Source: Ignicoccus hospitalis KIN4/I
GTDB lineage: Archaea; Thermoproteota; Thermoprotei_A; Sulfolobales; Ignicoccaceae
Assembly (NCBI RefSeq): GCF_000017945.1
Contig: NC_009776.1
Coordinates: 1,140,001-1,172,000, forward strand
Direction: 5' to 3'
DNA length: 32,000 nt
Each line of letters starts with the position of its first letter. Within the stretch, counting starts at the first letter, position 1. The notes beneath the pieces are model-generated. The model had not been told where the DNA came from, made no database searches, and saw only the letters and a program-made list of their open reading frames with translations. The position numbers and the translations under genes were made by a program. Shown here one piece after another: positions 1 through 8,661 of this stretch.

Positions 1-393
1 CTGTACGCGAGCAACGAGGGCAGTTCGCTCACCCTCTTTGGCGACTTGGACAGACCGTTCCTCAAGGTGGCCGAGCTCGTAGGGCTCTTGGCCGCCGGCG
101 GGTGCGGGGAGGAGTGCATAACTGCTGCGGAGCTCACGGCGAGCGTGAGCGCCGAGGGGTTCTGCAGCTTCGGTCAGATAGAGCTGGAGAGGGTAGGGAC
201 CCTTTCGGTATCCGGGCTGGTGGCTAGGAAAGAGGGAGAAGTCGTCAGCGTCGTCCCTTTAAACGAGAACTCGTACTTAATGGTGTACACCGTCAAGGGC
301 GACTGGAACACCGTTAAATCCCGAGCGTTATCTTTACACGCCCTCTTACCCCAAACGCTTGAGGTGGTCAAGAGGTGGACTTGTCAGCAATAA
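1..393 (+). CDS. hypothetical protein, probably truncated at the 5' window edge
   Basis: Frame 1 is open from nt 1 (LYASNEGSSLTLFGD...) into the tracked ORF 46..393. No family motif recognised. Confidence 0.35.
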   Translation: MYASNEGSSLTLFGDLDRPFLKVAELVGLLAAGGCGEECITAAELTASVSAEGFCSFGQIELERVGTLSVSGLVARKEGEVVSVVPLNENSYLMVYTVKGDWNTVKSRALSLHALLPQTLEVVKRWTCQQ

Positions 394-1121
394 AGGTAAT
401 AGCAGCGGACGTGGACGGGACCTTAACCGAGGGCGTCTCGTTCTTACTCGATATAGACGCAATAAAGGCGTTGAGGGACTTAGAGAGGCACGGGCTGAAA
501 GTGATCTTGGTCTCGGGAAACAGCAGGCCAGTAACCTTAACCTTGAAGAGGTACTTGGGGACCAGCGCTCCGGTAGTGTTCGAGAACGGCTGTGGTTACG
601 GGGACTTCACGTGGGAAGAGACGGTTCCCGACAAGTCCTCTTGCCTCGTGGCGAGGGAAGCGGCAGACACGCTCTTGAAGGTTCTCTCCGTCAAGGGTTG
701 GAGGCCCTCGTGGCAGAACCCCTGGAGGAAGTGCGACTTCGCGATCAACGCTCCCGAAGGGAAGACCTCCGAAGAGGACGCCAAGAAGGCTTACAAAATA
801 TTGGAAGAGCTGGGTTACTTGAAACAAGGGCTCGCGGTCTTGGTGAGCAGACACGCCGTCCACATAATGCCCAAGGACTGTGGCAAGGGTAAAGGAGTCA
901 AGAGGGTAGTGGAGAAGATGGGTTACGACATGAGCGAAGTGTTGGCAGTTGGCGACGCAGAGAACGATCTAGAGATGATAAAGATGGCCGGCGTGGGCGT
1001 GGCGGTCGCGGACGCCCAAGAGGTGCTCAAGAGGGAAGCCGACATAGTGGCCCCGGAGCCCGCGGGCAAGGGCTTCGCTTGGATAGCGAAGAAGGTGTTG
1101 GAGGCGAAGCGCTCGTCCTAA
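375..1121 (+). CDS. HAD-IIB (Cof/SPP-type) phosphatase, phosphoglycolate-phosphatase-like
   Basis: HAD motif I IAADVDGTLTE and motif IV GDAENDLEM, with the conserved Lys region MPKDCGKGKG. At 248 aa the size is typical of archaeal PGP-like HAD enzymes. TTG start. Confidence 0.8.
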   Translation: MDLSAIKVIAADVDGTLTEGVSFLLDIDAIKALRDLERHGLKVILVSGNSRPVTLTLKRYLGTSAPVVFENGCGYGDFTWEETVPDKSSCLVAREAADTLLKVLSVKGWRPSWQNPWRKCDFAINAPEGKTSEEDAKKAYKILEELGYLKQGLAVLVSRHAVHIMPKDCGKGKGVKRVVEKMGYDMSEVLAVGDAENDLEMIKMAGVGVAVADAQEVLKREADIVAPEPAGKGFAWIAKKVLEAKRSS

Positions 1122-1603
1122 CTTACTGTACGAAGAGGAAGAGGGGGAGCCCCGGGAGGGCCTCCGAGGTCTACGCGGGGCCCGTAAGGAACTTGTTTGT
1201 TTTGGCCGAAAGGTTGGGCGCGCGGTGCTTCGTGCTCAGCGCCAAGTATGCCCTAATAGAGTGCGACGCCCGTGTAGAGCCCTACGAGCTCTACCTAGGG
1301 GAGCTGGGTCCCGAGGAGAGGGAGCGGCTAAAGAGAAGGGTAGGAGAGAGGTGCGACGAGCTCCGAGGTCCTTGGTACTTGGCGGTGGTCAACTTGAGCG
1401 GGCGGTACTCCGAGGTCTTCCCGTGCCGCGTGGAGGCGCGCTACGCTGTAGTAATAGGGAAAGTTGACGTGGTCTCGGCCGAGAAGGCCCTCAGGTTGGT
1501 GCCCAAAACTATAGGCCAGCGCAACTCGGCCTTGAAGGCCTTGGGGAGGGCGAGGAGCCTTGAGGACGTTATTCGACTTATTGAGGAGGGAACTTTCCAC
1601 TGA
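1079..1603 (+). CDS. hypothetical protein, resembles the uncharacterised DUF6884-type family
   Basis: Pattern C-T-K-R-K ... EVYAGP ... LSAKYALI ... EPYELYL resembles the CxKxK / SAKYGL / PY signature as I recall it. Overlaps the upstream gene by 43 nt, so the start is uncertain. Confidence 0.5.
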   Translation: MDSEEGVGGEALVLTYCTKRKRGSPGRASEVYAGPVRNLFVLAERLGARCFVLSAKYALIECDARVEPYELYLGELGPEERERLKRRVGERCDELRGPWYLAVVNLSGRYSEVFPCRVEARYAVVIGKVDVVSAEKALRLVPKTIGQRNSALKALGRARSLEDVIRLIEEGTFH

Positions 1604-2075
1604 AAGCTTGATTTCGATTGCATCGACCGAATGGGAGGAGGCGGTCGCCGAGTTCAGGAAGTTCGCGATGAACTGCTCGGAATCAACTAACAGGGAGGCG
1701 TGCGACGAGAGGTTGAAGGACTACAAAGAAACTTTCAAAGATCTGATAAAGCTTAGGATATACAAGATGCTGAAAACCGAAGAAGTCCCGGAGACCTCGG
1801 TTGACGAGCCTTTCCTCAGGCTAGTGCTAAAGTTGATAACAGACTTCACCAGCTCCTTGGACGAGGTAGTGGCGGACGAGAGGGGCAGGGTTTTTGTGAT
1901 AGTTAGAAAGAGGTTGGACGTGGGAGGGGTAATAGCGGAGCCCAACGAGCTAGTTATGATGAGTTTAATGGAGGCTGTCGCGCTTAGCGCCTTCGGTTAC
2001 GTGGAGCTGCTGAAGCTCCCGGTTGAGGGCTCGGAGAAGTTCTCGTGGATAACCTCAGAGCCGGTCAAGGCTTAA
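1560..2075 (+). CDS. GINS15/GINS51-like replication factor (tentative)
   Basis: N-terminal helical part (LLRRELSTESL..., KDLIKLRIYKML) is followed by a small beta-type C-terminal part (VFVIVRKRLDVGGVIAEPNELVMMSLMEAVALSAFGYVELL). This gives the A-then-B domain order of GINS51/15. Size 171 aa. Confidence 0.5.
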   Translation: MRTLFDLLRRELSTESLISIASTEWEEAVAEFRKFAMNCSESTNREACDERLKDYKETFKDLIKLRIYKMLKTEEVPETSVDEPFLRLVLKLITDFTSSLDEVVADERGRVFVIVRKRLDVGGVIAEPNELVMMSLMEAVALSAFGYVELLKLPVEGSEKFSWITSEPVKA

Positions 2076-4161
2076 CCCACTTGACCAGCCCGTAGCCCAA
2101 GCCCATCGCCTCTAAGGCCCGCTTAACGACCCCCTTACCGACCACCCTCGCAGCTAGGTCAGCCCTCTTGACGAAGTCCTCTTTAGACCTTATTCCGGCG
2201 TTCCAAAGCGCCCTGGCCCTTACCCTACCTATGTAGGGTATCTGCACTAACTCGACGAGCTCTTCGGAGACGCCGTACTTCAAGCGGAGCTCCAGCTCCG
2301 CCAGCGCCTCGGAGTGTTTGTACAGACCGACGAACTTAGCTATTTCAGAATATGCATGGACCAGCCACGCGGCCGTGTCGCTCAACACTCTGAGGTCTCC
2401 CGGGTAGAAGCCGTACTTCTTCGCTATCACCTCCTCCGGCTCCTCCTTCACCCAGCTCTCCAGGGCTAGAGCGACCTTCAACGCGCTCAACGCCGTCGAC
2501 TCGCTCACGTACTCGTCATCCCTTATCAAGAGCTCGTCGAACCTCTCCTCCGCCACCCTCCAGAGCTCCCTCACCTCCGAGCTCCTCAGCCCCCTCTTGG
2601 GCATGTCCGGGGTGACGGCGACCAAGTGCAAGTACCCCAAAGCGGTAGTCTTGCCCTTGCGGCGCTTCAGGGCCCCCAGAACTACCTTTGCCCCTAGTGG
2701 GTCCACGTACTGTTTGGCGACTACCGTTCCCAACGGCGTAGCCTTGACTCCTTCCACCAAACCAGCCCCCTTTAGGAACTCCAGCGACCTCCTCGCGTCG
2801 TCTATCGCGTTTGCTGCCCCTTCTGTAACCCCGAAGAGGGTCTCCTCTATGAACTCCACCAACTCCGCCTCGCTGTTAACTGCCTTGGAGGCTATCAGCC
2901 CTAAGAGAGATCTTCTCAACGCTCGGGCGCTGGTCAAGGCGCTCCGCACGTCCTCCGGCTGGCCCAAGACGTACCTCTCGTAGACCTCCTCCGGAGGGGC
3001 CTTCGGCCTAGCTACTAACACTGAGGTGCCCTTAACGTCCAAGCCCGGCCTGCCCGCCCTCCCGGCCATCTGCTTGTACTCTGAGACCGAGATCGGCGCC
3101 TCCCCCTCGTCCGTGTACCTCGTGTACCTCTCGATCACGACCGCTCTGGCCGGCAAGTTGACCCCAGCGGCCAGCGTGGGGGTGGCGGCGACGAACTTGA
3201 TCGCCCCGGAGCGGAAGGCCTCCTCCACGAGCAGTCGGGCCTCGTTGGTGAGCCCGGCGTGGTGGAAGGCGGCTCCCCTCTCCACCATCTTCGCCAAGAC
3301 CTCGCCGAGCTCCCCTTCTACCTCAATCCTGACCCTCTCTGCCCACTCCTTGGTAACCTTATCGGGTTTCAACAACTTCGATATCTTCTTTGCCGCGTTC
3401 TCGGCCCTCTTCCTCGTGCTAGCGAAGTAGAGCGCTTGGCCCTCCCTCATGTAGTGGAGGGCCGCGTCCAAGCCCGGGTCGCTCAAGACCTCCTTCACTT
3501 CCTCGACTCTGTCCTCGAACAACACCTCGTAGCTGGACGGGTCCATTACGCCTTCCTCCAGCTTCACGGGCCTCCAGTCGTGGGTGACGAGTTCCGCGTC
3601 CAACCAAGAGGCCAAGTCCTCCGGGTTCCCCACGGTGGCCGAGAGCGCGACTATCTGCTTTCCCATTAGCTTTAACCTAGTCACTACAACCTCCAACGTC
3701 GGGCCCCTCTCCTCGTCGCCCACGTAGTGGACCTCGTCCACCACTACAGTCCCCACTTCCTTCAACCAAGGAGAGTTGTGCCTCAGCAAGGAGTCCATCC
3801 TCTCGTACGTAGCCACTAAGACGTCCGCCTCCCCCACCTCGGGGGCGTGGTAGTCGCCGACGCTCAGCGCCACTTTCGAGTCCTTGAATATTTTCTTCAA
3901 GGAGGCGTACTTTTCGAAGGCCAAGCTCCGCAGTGGGGTTAGGTAGACGGCCTTGTAGCCGTTGTCGAGGGCGTTCTTTATAGCCATCTCGGCTACGAGC
4001 GTCTTGCCCGAGCCCGTGGGAGCGGAGACCAACAAGTTCTTGAACTCAGTCAGTCCCTTCTGGAGGGCGAGCTCTTGGACGGGGAACAGCCGCCTTATGC
4101 CCCTCTCCTCCAACCACTCCTTTAACCCTAACCTCGCTCCCTCGGGGTTCTGGGCCCTCAA
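2065..4161 (-). CDS. hel308: Hel308/Hjm Ski2-like DNA helicase
   Basis: Walker A APTGSGKT, DEVH box, LSAT motif, motif VI QMAGRAGRPG, and a long C-terminal winged-helix/ratchet/HhH-like region. 698 aa. Confidence 0.9.
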   Translation of the reverse strand: MRAQNPEGARLGLKEWLEERGIRRLFPVQELALQKGLTEFKNLLVSAPTGSGKTLVAEMAIKNALDNGYKAVYLTPLRSLAFEKYASLKKIFKDSKVALSVGDYHAPEVGEADVLVATYERMDSLLRHNSPWLKEVGTVVVDEVHYVGDEERGPTLEVVVTRLKLMGKQIVALSATVGNPEDLASWLDAELVTHDWRPVKLEEGVMDPSSYEVLFEDRVEEVKEVLSDPGLDAALHYMREGQALYFASTRKRAENAAKKISKLLKPDKVTKEWAERVRIEVEGELGEVLAKMVERGAAFHHAGLTNEARLLVEEAFRSGAIKFVAATPTLAAGVNLPARAVVIERYTRYTDEGEAPISVSEYKQMAGRAGRPGLDVKGTSVLVARPKAPPEEVYERYVLGQPEDVRSALTSARALRRSLLGLIASKAVNSEAELVEFIEETLFGVTEGAANAIDDARRSLEFLKGAGLVEGVKATPLGTVVAKQYVDPLGAKVVLGALKRRKGKTTALGYLHLVAVTPDMPKRGLRSSEVRELWRVAEERFDELLIRDDEYVSESTALSALKVALALESWVKEEPEEVIAKKYGFYPGDLRVLSDTAAWLVHAYSEIAKFVGLYKHSEALAELELRLKYGVSEELVELVQIPYIGRVRARALWNAGIRSKEDFVKRADLAARVVGKGVVKRALEAMGLGYGLVKWVKP

Positions 4162-4172
4162 GCGTTAAAGTA

Positions 4173-5504
4173 ATGCTGAATACTCCGGCACTTACGGACG
4201 GCCCTTGTGAGGGCAAGAGGAACTTGAGGGTGAGGGTAGAGCCGTCGACGCCGGAGGGCTCCGTAGAGGCGCCGCCGAGCAAGAGCTGGGCCCAGAGGGC
4301 AGCCTTCTTGGCCCTCTTGGCCGAGGGGAGGAGCTCCTTTCGGAGGGTGCCCGAGTCAGACGACGTGCTCGCCTCGCTGGAGGCGGTCCGGGCTTTCGGG
4401 GCGAAGGTGGAGGCGAAGGGAGGGGAGGTTGCGATAGAGGGAGGGGAGGTCAAGGTACCCGAGGACGTAATCAACATGAGGGGCTCCGGCACGGGGGCGC
4501 GGATAGCGATAGCCGTGGGGACTTTGGTGCCTAAAGGCTTCGGGGTAGTAGTAACGGGTAACGCCAGCCTCCGCAGGAGGCCCATGACTCCGGTCGTGGA
4601 AGTGATGAACGCCTTGGGGGCGGAGGTAGTCAGCTTGAGGGGGGGACTCCTCCCGGTCGTGAGCTTCGGGGGGCTCCCGGGCGGGGAGGCGGAGGTGGAC
4701 GGGAGCGTAACCAGCCAACACGTGACGGCGGCTCTAATAGCTTCCACCAAGAGCGAGAGGGGGGCAAAAATAACCGTTAAGAACGCCGTCTCAAGGGGCT
4801 ATATCGCCTTAACGGAGAGGGTGATGAGGCTCTTCGGGGCCAAGGTCAAGTGCGACGCGAAGTACTCTTACTGCGAAGTGGAGCCCTCGGAGCTGAAAGC
4901 CGTAAGGTCTGAAGTGCCCGGGGACTACGCGCTGGCCGCCTTCCCGGCCGCCCTGGCGGTGGTGAGCGGGGGCGAGGTGAAGGTGGGCCCCCTGCCGCCC
5001 CCGGAGAGCGGCCCGGGGGACCACAGGCTGGTAGACTACCTAAGGAAGTTCGGGGTGGAAGTCAGCTACTCCGACGGCTACTTGCGCGTAGAAGGGAGCG
5101 TGAGGCCGAAGGGGACTCGAGTAAACTTGAAGGACGAGCCGGACCTAGCCCTCCCCCTGGCGGCCGTGGCGGCCGTCAGCAAGGGAGAGAGCGTGTTGGC
5201 GGGCCTCTCTCACTTAGTATATAAGGAGTCAAACAGGATAGAGACGATATTGCAAACGCTCAAGTGTTTCGGCGTGAGCGCGCGCGTCGACGGGCCGAGC
5301 ATAAGGGTCTTGGGAACGGAGTCGCTAAGGCCTTGCAGACTTAAGTGCCCGGACGACCACCGGATAGCGATGCTCGCCGCAGTGTTGGGGTCTGCCGCGG
5401 GGGCCGTTATAGAGTCCGCGGAGTGCGTCAACAAGAGCTGGCCCGGGTTCTGGGACGCGCTGAGCTCTCTGGGGGTGAAGGTCTATGTGGAGGGTCGCCG
5501 CTAA
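4173..5504 (+). CDS. aroA: 3-phosphoshikimate 1-carboxyvinyltransferase (EPSP synthase)
   Basis: Motifs PPSKSWAQRA, LKDEPDLALPLAAVAA, YKESNRIE and PDDHRIAM. The true start may be slightly downstream, near the LRVRVEP segment. Confidence 0.9.
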   Translation: MLNTPALTDGPCEGKRNLRVRVEPSTPEGSVEAPPSKSWAQRAAFLALLAEGRSSFRRVPESDDVLASLEAVRAFGAKVEAKGGEVAIEGGEVKVPEDVINMRGSGTGARIAIAVGTLVPKGFGVVVTGNASLRRRPMTPVVEVMNALGAEVVSLRGGLLPVVSFGGLPGGEAEVDGSVTSQHVTAALIASTKSERGAKITVKNAVSRGYIALTERVMRLFGAKVKCDAKYSYCEVEPSELKAVRSEVPGDYALAAFPAALAVVSGGEVKVGPLPPPESGPGDHRLVDYLRKFGVEVSYSDGYLRVEGSVRPKGTRVNLKDEPDLALPLAAVAAVSKGESVLAGLSHLVYKESNRIETILQTLKCFGVSARVDGPSIRVLGTESLRPCRLKCPDDHRIAMLAAVLGSAAGAVIESAECVNKSWPGFWDALSSLGVKVYVEGRR

Positions 5505-5937
5505 GAGGGGGTACTTGAGCATAAGGGGAGAGGACGTGTACGCCGTGGTCGACCCCTCGGAGCTGCCGGAGGACTTAATAGACATAGACTTCGTCATTCT
5601 AACCGAGAAGCCGAAGAACAAGAGGGTGTTGAACGAAATCCTCAAGAGCAGCAAGGCGACCTTGGTCGGCTCGCCCAAGAACGTGAAACACTACGCCTCG
5701 GACCACTACGTGGAGGAGGTCAAAGGGGTCAAGGGCTTAGCTCCCGGCCTCTGGGTGGCCAACGTGAAGGGTAAGGTAGTCATTGGGATAGACGAAGCTG
5801 AGGAATACATGATACTGATCTCGGAGGAGTTCCAAAGGGAGGAGGCAGAGGACTTGGGCAAGAAGATCTACGGAACTTCGGGGAGAGTGGTAACCCTCGG
5901 CGAAGTGGTGGAGGAGACCCTAGGTGAAGAGCTTTGA
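5485..5937 (+). CDS. hypothetical protein
   Basis: 150 aa ORF overlapping the aroA stop by 20 nt, with ordinary protein-like composition. No catalytic motif recognised. Confidence 0.5.
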   Translation: MWRVAAKRGYLSIRGEDVYAVVDPSELPEDLIDIDFVILTEKPKNKRVLNEILKSSKATLVGSPKNVKHYASDHYVEEVKGVKGLAPGLWVANVKGKVVIGIDEAEEYMILISEEFQREEAEDLGKKIYGTSGRVVTLGEVVEETLGEEL

Positions 5938-6560
5938 AGAAAGAGAGACCGATAGACTTAGTGTTGGCAGACGTAATCTCGTACGTCTTCAACCCTTATG
6001 ATTTCGGCCTCGTACTCGTGCTGACGTCGTGGTTTAAGGACGGTAACTTGTTTTACGGTATACTCGCCTTGCTCTCGCTGGCCCTCCTACCCTTCCTCAA
6101 ACACTTCAGAGGGGTTCGGATGGGGGCCTTCGACTGGAATGTTAACGAATTCAAGAAGAGGACCTCCATATTGGCCCTTTCGGGCTTGGGCGGGATCTTC
6201 GGCTCGTATTTGTTGTTCGTGTTGGGAGCTAAGTACGTGGCTACGGAGACTCTGGCCTACGCGCTAACGAGCTTAGTCGCCGCCGCTTGTTCCAGAGTGG
6301 TAAAGGTGTCAATTCATGTCGCGACCGCCGTCACCAGCACGGCTGTGTTGGGGTGGGCCTTCGGGAAAGAGGTGGGCCTCGTTCTGGTCATTATAACGGT
6401 GGCAATAGCTTGGTCCCGGCTGAGGCTCAGAGCCCACACGCTGGAGGAGGTCTTGGAGGGCTACGCGGCCGCCGGCCTCGGGACCACTACGGCGTTCTTG
6501 TTAATACAAACCTTCTTACCTCTGCAGGCCCTCACGATCCTTAAACAAGATCTTATATGA
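5934..6560 (+). CDS. PAP2-like integral membrane phosphatase (tentative)
   Basis: About 6 hydrophobic helices. VSIHVA resembles PAP2 motif C2, and SRLRLRAHTLEE fits C3 (SR-x5-H-x3-[DE]). TTG start overlaps the previous stop (TTGA). Confidence 0.55.
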   Translation: MKKERPIDLVLADVISYVFNPYDFGLVLVLTSWFKDGNLFYGILALLSLALLPFLKHFRGVRMGAFDWNVNEFKKRTSILALSGLGGIFGSYLLFVLGAKYVATETLAYALTSLVAAACSRVVKVSIHVATAVTSTAVLGWAFGKEVGLVLVIITVAIAWSRLRLRAHTLEEVLEGYAAAGLGTTTAFLLIQTFLPLQALTILKQDLI

Positions 6561-6617
6561 GAAATGAGGTTGGACTCGCGTCAATCTCAAAACTAGCTGG
6601 GGAGGTGAGTTGCCCGG

Positions 6618-6694
6618 GGCCCCGTAGCTCAGCCAGGAAGAGCGCGGGCCTCCGGAGCCCGTGGTCCCGGGTTCAAGTCCCGGCGGGGCCGCCA
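6618..6694 (+). tRNA. tRNA-Arg (anticodon CCG), CCA encoded
   Basis: Hand-folded cloverleaf: acceptor GGCCCCG/CGGGGCC, D stem GCTC/GAGC, anticodon stem CGGGC/GCCCG with loop CTCCGGA, T arm CCGGG-TTCAAGT-CCCGG, discriminator G plus CCA. 77 nt. Confidence 0.9.
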
Positions 6695-6806
6695 CCCCGC
6701 GTATAAAGGGAAGGCTCCAGAGTGTGGTAACGGAGGCTCCAACGGTCCGGGGTAGGAGCGAGTGGTCCGTCCAATAAAACGGAGAGCGGCGGTCGAAACG
6801 CTATTT

Positions 6807-7040
6807 TCATCCCACCAACCCCAAGTACTTCACCAAGTTCTTATACTCCTTCAACCTCGAGGACAGCTGGCTATACACCTCCTTCCACTTGCCGTAGAAC
6901 TTGTTAAACTCCTCGTAGGCCTTGTCTATCTCTTTCGCTATGTACGCCTTTATCAACGTTTCCGCTCCCCCGACGGAGGCCATTTGGCACTTCACCTTCG
7001 CCAGCTCGTAAAGCCTCATAGGCTTTGTAGCCCTTAACAA
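6807..7040 (-). CDS. small helical hypothetical protein
   Basis: 77 aa ORF rich in K/E/Y heptad-like sequence. A more likely ATG start is at 7019 (MRLYELAK...). It is the only sizeable ORF in this interval. Confidence 0.45.
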   Translation of the reverse strand: MLRATKPMRLYELAKVKCQMASVGGAETLIKAYIAKEIDKAYEEFNKFYGKWKEVYSQLSSRLKEYKNLVKYLGLVG

Positions 7041-7043
7041 GAA

Positions 7044-7166
7044 CTACTCCACCAGCCCCAGCTTGGACTCTATAGCCTTGTAGTCAACTGAGGGCTTGCT
7101 CTCCTTCAAGGCGTCCAGCTGCTCCTTAGCCTCCCTCTTGAACGATATCAAACGCGACTGGATCAA
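7044..7166 (-). CDS. possible 40 aa small ORF with TTG start (LIQSRLISFKREAKEQLDALKESKPSVDYKAIESKLGLVE)
   Basis: Hand translation of the minus strand. It lies between an AT-rich promoter-like region and the 6807..7040 ORF and shares a YK-x5-LGLV C-terminus with it. Below the ORF-track size cutoff. Confidence 0.2.
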   Translation of the reverse strand: MIQSRLISFKREAKEQLDALKESKPSVDYKAIESKLGLVE

Positions 7167-7319
7167 CCTTCACCGACGTCGCGTAAGTTAATAGAATTAC
7201 GATATTCTCATTAATGATACTATAAGGTTACACTAGAAAGCGTCTGTCCCGACCTCTCTTCCAAAGGTGCGGCGACGGCTAGCGAACCCCAGTCAACATC
7301 CAACCATGGCTTCCCCGCA

Positions 7320-7405
7320 CTGTAGTAAACATTGTTCTAGAGGAATTAGATTGATTGAAACAATATTCCACAATATTGCCCAAATTGTTATGATTATGTT
7401 CACTC
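7320..7405 (+). promoter_or_regulatory. amt-glnK upstream control region with phased ACAAT repeats and a TATA-like TTATGATTATG
   Basis: ACAATATT at 7360..7367 and 7370..7377 (exact 10 bp phase). Inverted relatives are AACATTGTT at 7328..7336 and AATTGTT at 7383..7389. An AT-rich element sits about 35-45 nt upstream of the GTG at 7434. Confidence 0.35.
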
Positions 7406-7433
7406 GTCGTCGTAGCTCGGGTGAAACGGAAAG

Positions 7434-8657
7434 GTGAGCGGCCTTAACGCGGGCGACGTGGCTTGGGTACTGAGCGCAACCTCAATGGTCTTGTTCATGA
7501 GCGTAAGCGGCTTGGCCGCGTTTTACGGAGGCCTCGTGAGGGATAGGAACGTCCTCTCGACCATGCTACACGTCCTCCTCGCGTTCTCCACAGGGCTCAT
7601 AGCGTGGACTCTCTTCGGCTTCAGCGTAGCCTTCGGGAAGGACCTCTACGGCCTGATAGGCAACCCCCTCCAATACTTCGCCTTGCTGCCTAACTCCTTA
7701 CCAAAGGTTTGGCCCGGGACCGACATCCCCGCCTCCTTGTTCGCGGCCTTCCAAGGGATGTTCGCCTCAATAGCAGTGGCAATAATCGCCTCCGCTATAG
7801 CGGAGAGGGGCAAAGTTGAGGCGTGGATCGCCTTCAGCTTCTTGTGGACCTTATTGGTCTACAGCGTAATAGCCCACTGGGTCTGGGGAGGAGGTTGGCT
7901 CTCCTCGATGGACGCGTTGGACTTCGCCGGGGGGCTGGTAGTACACATAAGCTCCGGCTTCTCCGCACTGGTGTTGAGCCTCATAATAGGTAAAAGGAAG
8001 TTCATAAAGAGAGTGGAGCCTGTCCCCCACAACATACCGCTGGTCTTGTTGGGCGCGGGAGCCTTGTGGTTCGGCTGGTTGGGCTTTAACGCCGGGAGCG
8101 CCCTCGCCGCGAACCAAGACGCTGCCAACGCGTTACTCGTGAGCGCCTTGGCCGCCGCCGCGGGAGGTCTCGCGTGGGTTTACTTGGATCTCAGGGAGAA
8201 CGGAATATCCAGCAGCGTCGGCTTCGCGTCCGGCGTCGTGGCCGGGCTGGTCGCGATAACTCCGGCGGCCGGTTACGTGGACCCCCTAGGGGCCCTCGTC
8301 ATAGGGGCCTTGGCCTCGGTGGTCAGCTACAACGCCGTAAAGTTCAGGATAGCTAAGGGCTGGGACGAGACGTTGGATGCTTGGGCAGTTCACGGGATGA
8401 GCGGCGTCTGGGGTTCTATCGCAACCGGCATCTTCGCCAACCCCCTAGTAGGGGGCAGGGCGGGCCTGCTCTTCGGCGACCCTTACCAACTGGTAGTCCA
8501 GATACTCAGCACGGTCGTAAGCATAGCTTACTCCGTCGCCGCTACCTACGTATTAGCGACTCTGATAGACAAGGTCGTGGGCTGGAGGGTGCCGGAGGAA
8601 GTGGAGAGGATAGGCCTCGACGTGTCGGAGCTCGGAGAGGAGGCCTACGTCATCTAA
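7434..8657 (+). CDS. amt: ammonium transporter (Amt family)
   Basis: Multi-pass membrane protein with Amt signatures FQGMFASIAVAIIASAIAERG, DFAGGLVVHISSG and WAVHGMSGVWGSIATGIFA (twin-His pore residues). Followed by a PII gene. Confidence 0.95.
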   Translation: MSGLNAGDVAWVLSATSMVLFMSVSGLAAFYGGLVRDRNVLSTMLHVLLAFSTGLIAWTLFGFSVAFGKDLYGLIGNPLQYFALLPNSLPKVWPGTDIPASLFAAFQGMFASIAVAIIASAIAERGKVEAWIAFSFLWTLLVYSVIAHWVWGGGWLSSMDALDFAGGLVVHISSGFSALVLSLIIGKRKFIKRVEPVPHNIPLVLLGAGALWFGWLGFNAGSALAANQDAANALLVSALAAAAGGLAWVYLDLRENGISSSVGFASGVVAGLVAITPAAGYVDPLGALVIGALASVVSYNAVKFRIAKGWDETLDAWAVHGMSGVWGSIATGIFANPLVGGRAGLLFGDPYQLVVQILSTVVSIAYSVAATYVLATLIDKVVGWRVPEEVERIGLDVSELGEEAYVI

Positions 8658-8661
8658 GGGG

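Noticed and set aside
359-892. 177 aa plus-strand ORF in an alternative frame of the HAD phosphatase gene
   Set aside because: It is an R/G/L-rich overprinted frame, whereas the 375..1121 frame carries all the HAD motifs.
4046-4750. 234 aa minus-strand ORF antisense to aroA
   Set aside because: It is S/T/P/A-rich mirror-frame sequence lying entirely opposite a gene with clear EPSP synthase motifs. This is a typical shadow ORF in GC-rich coding DNA.
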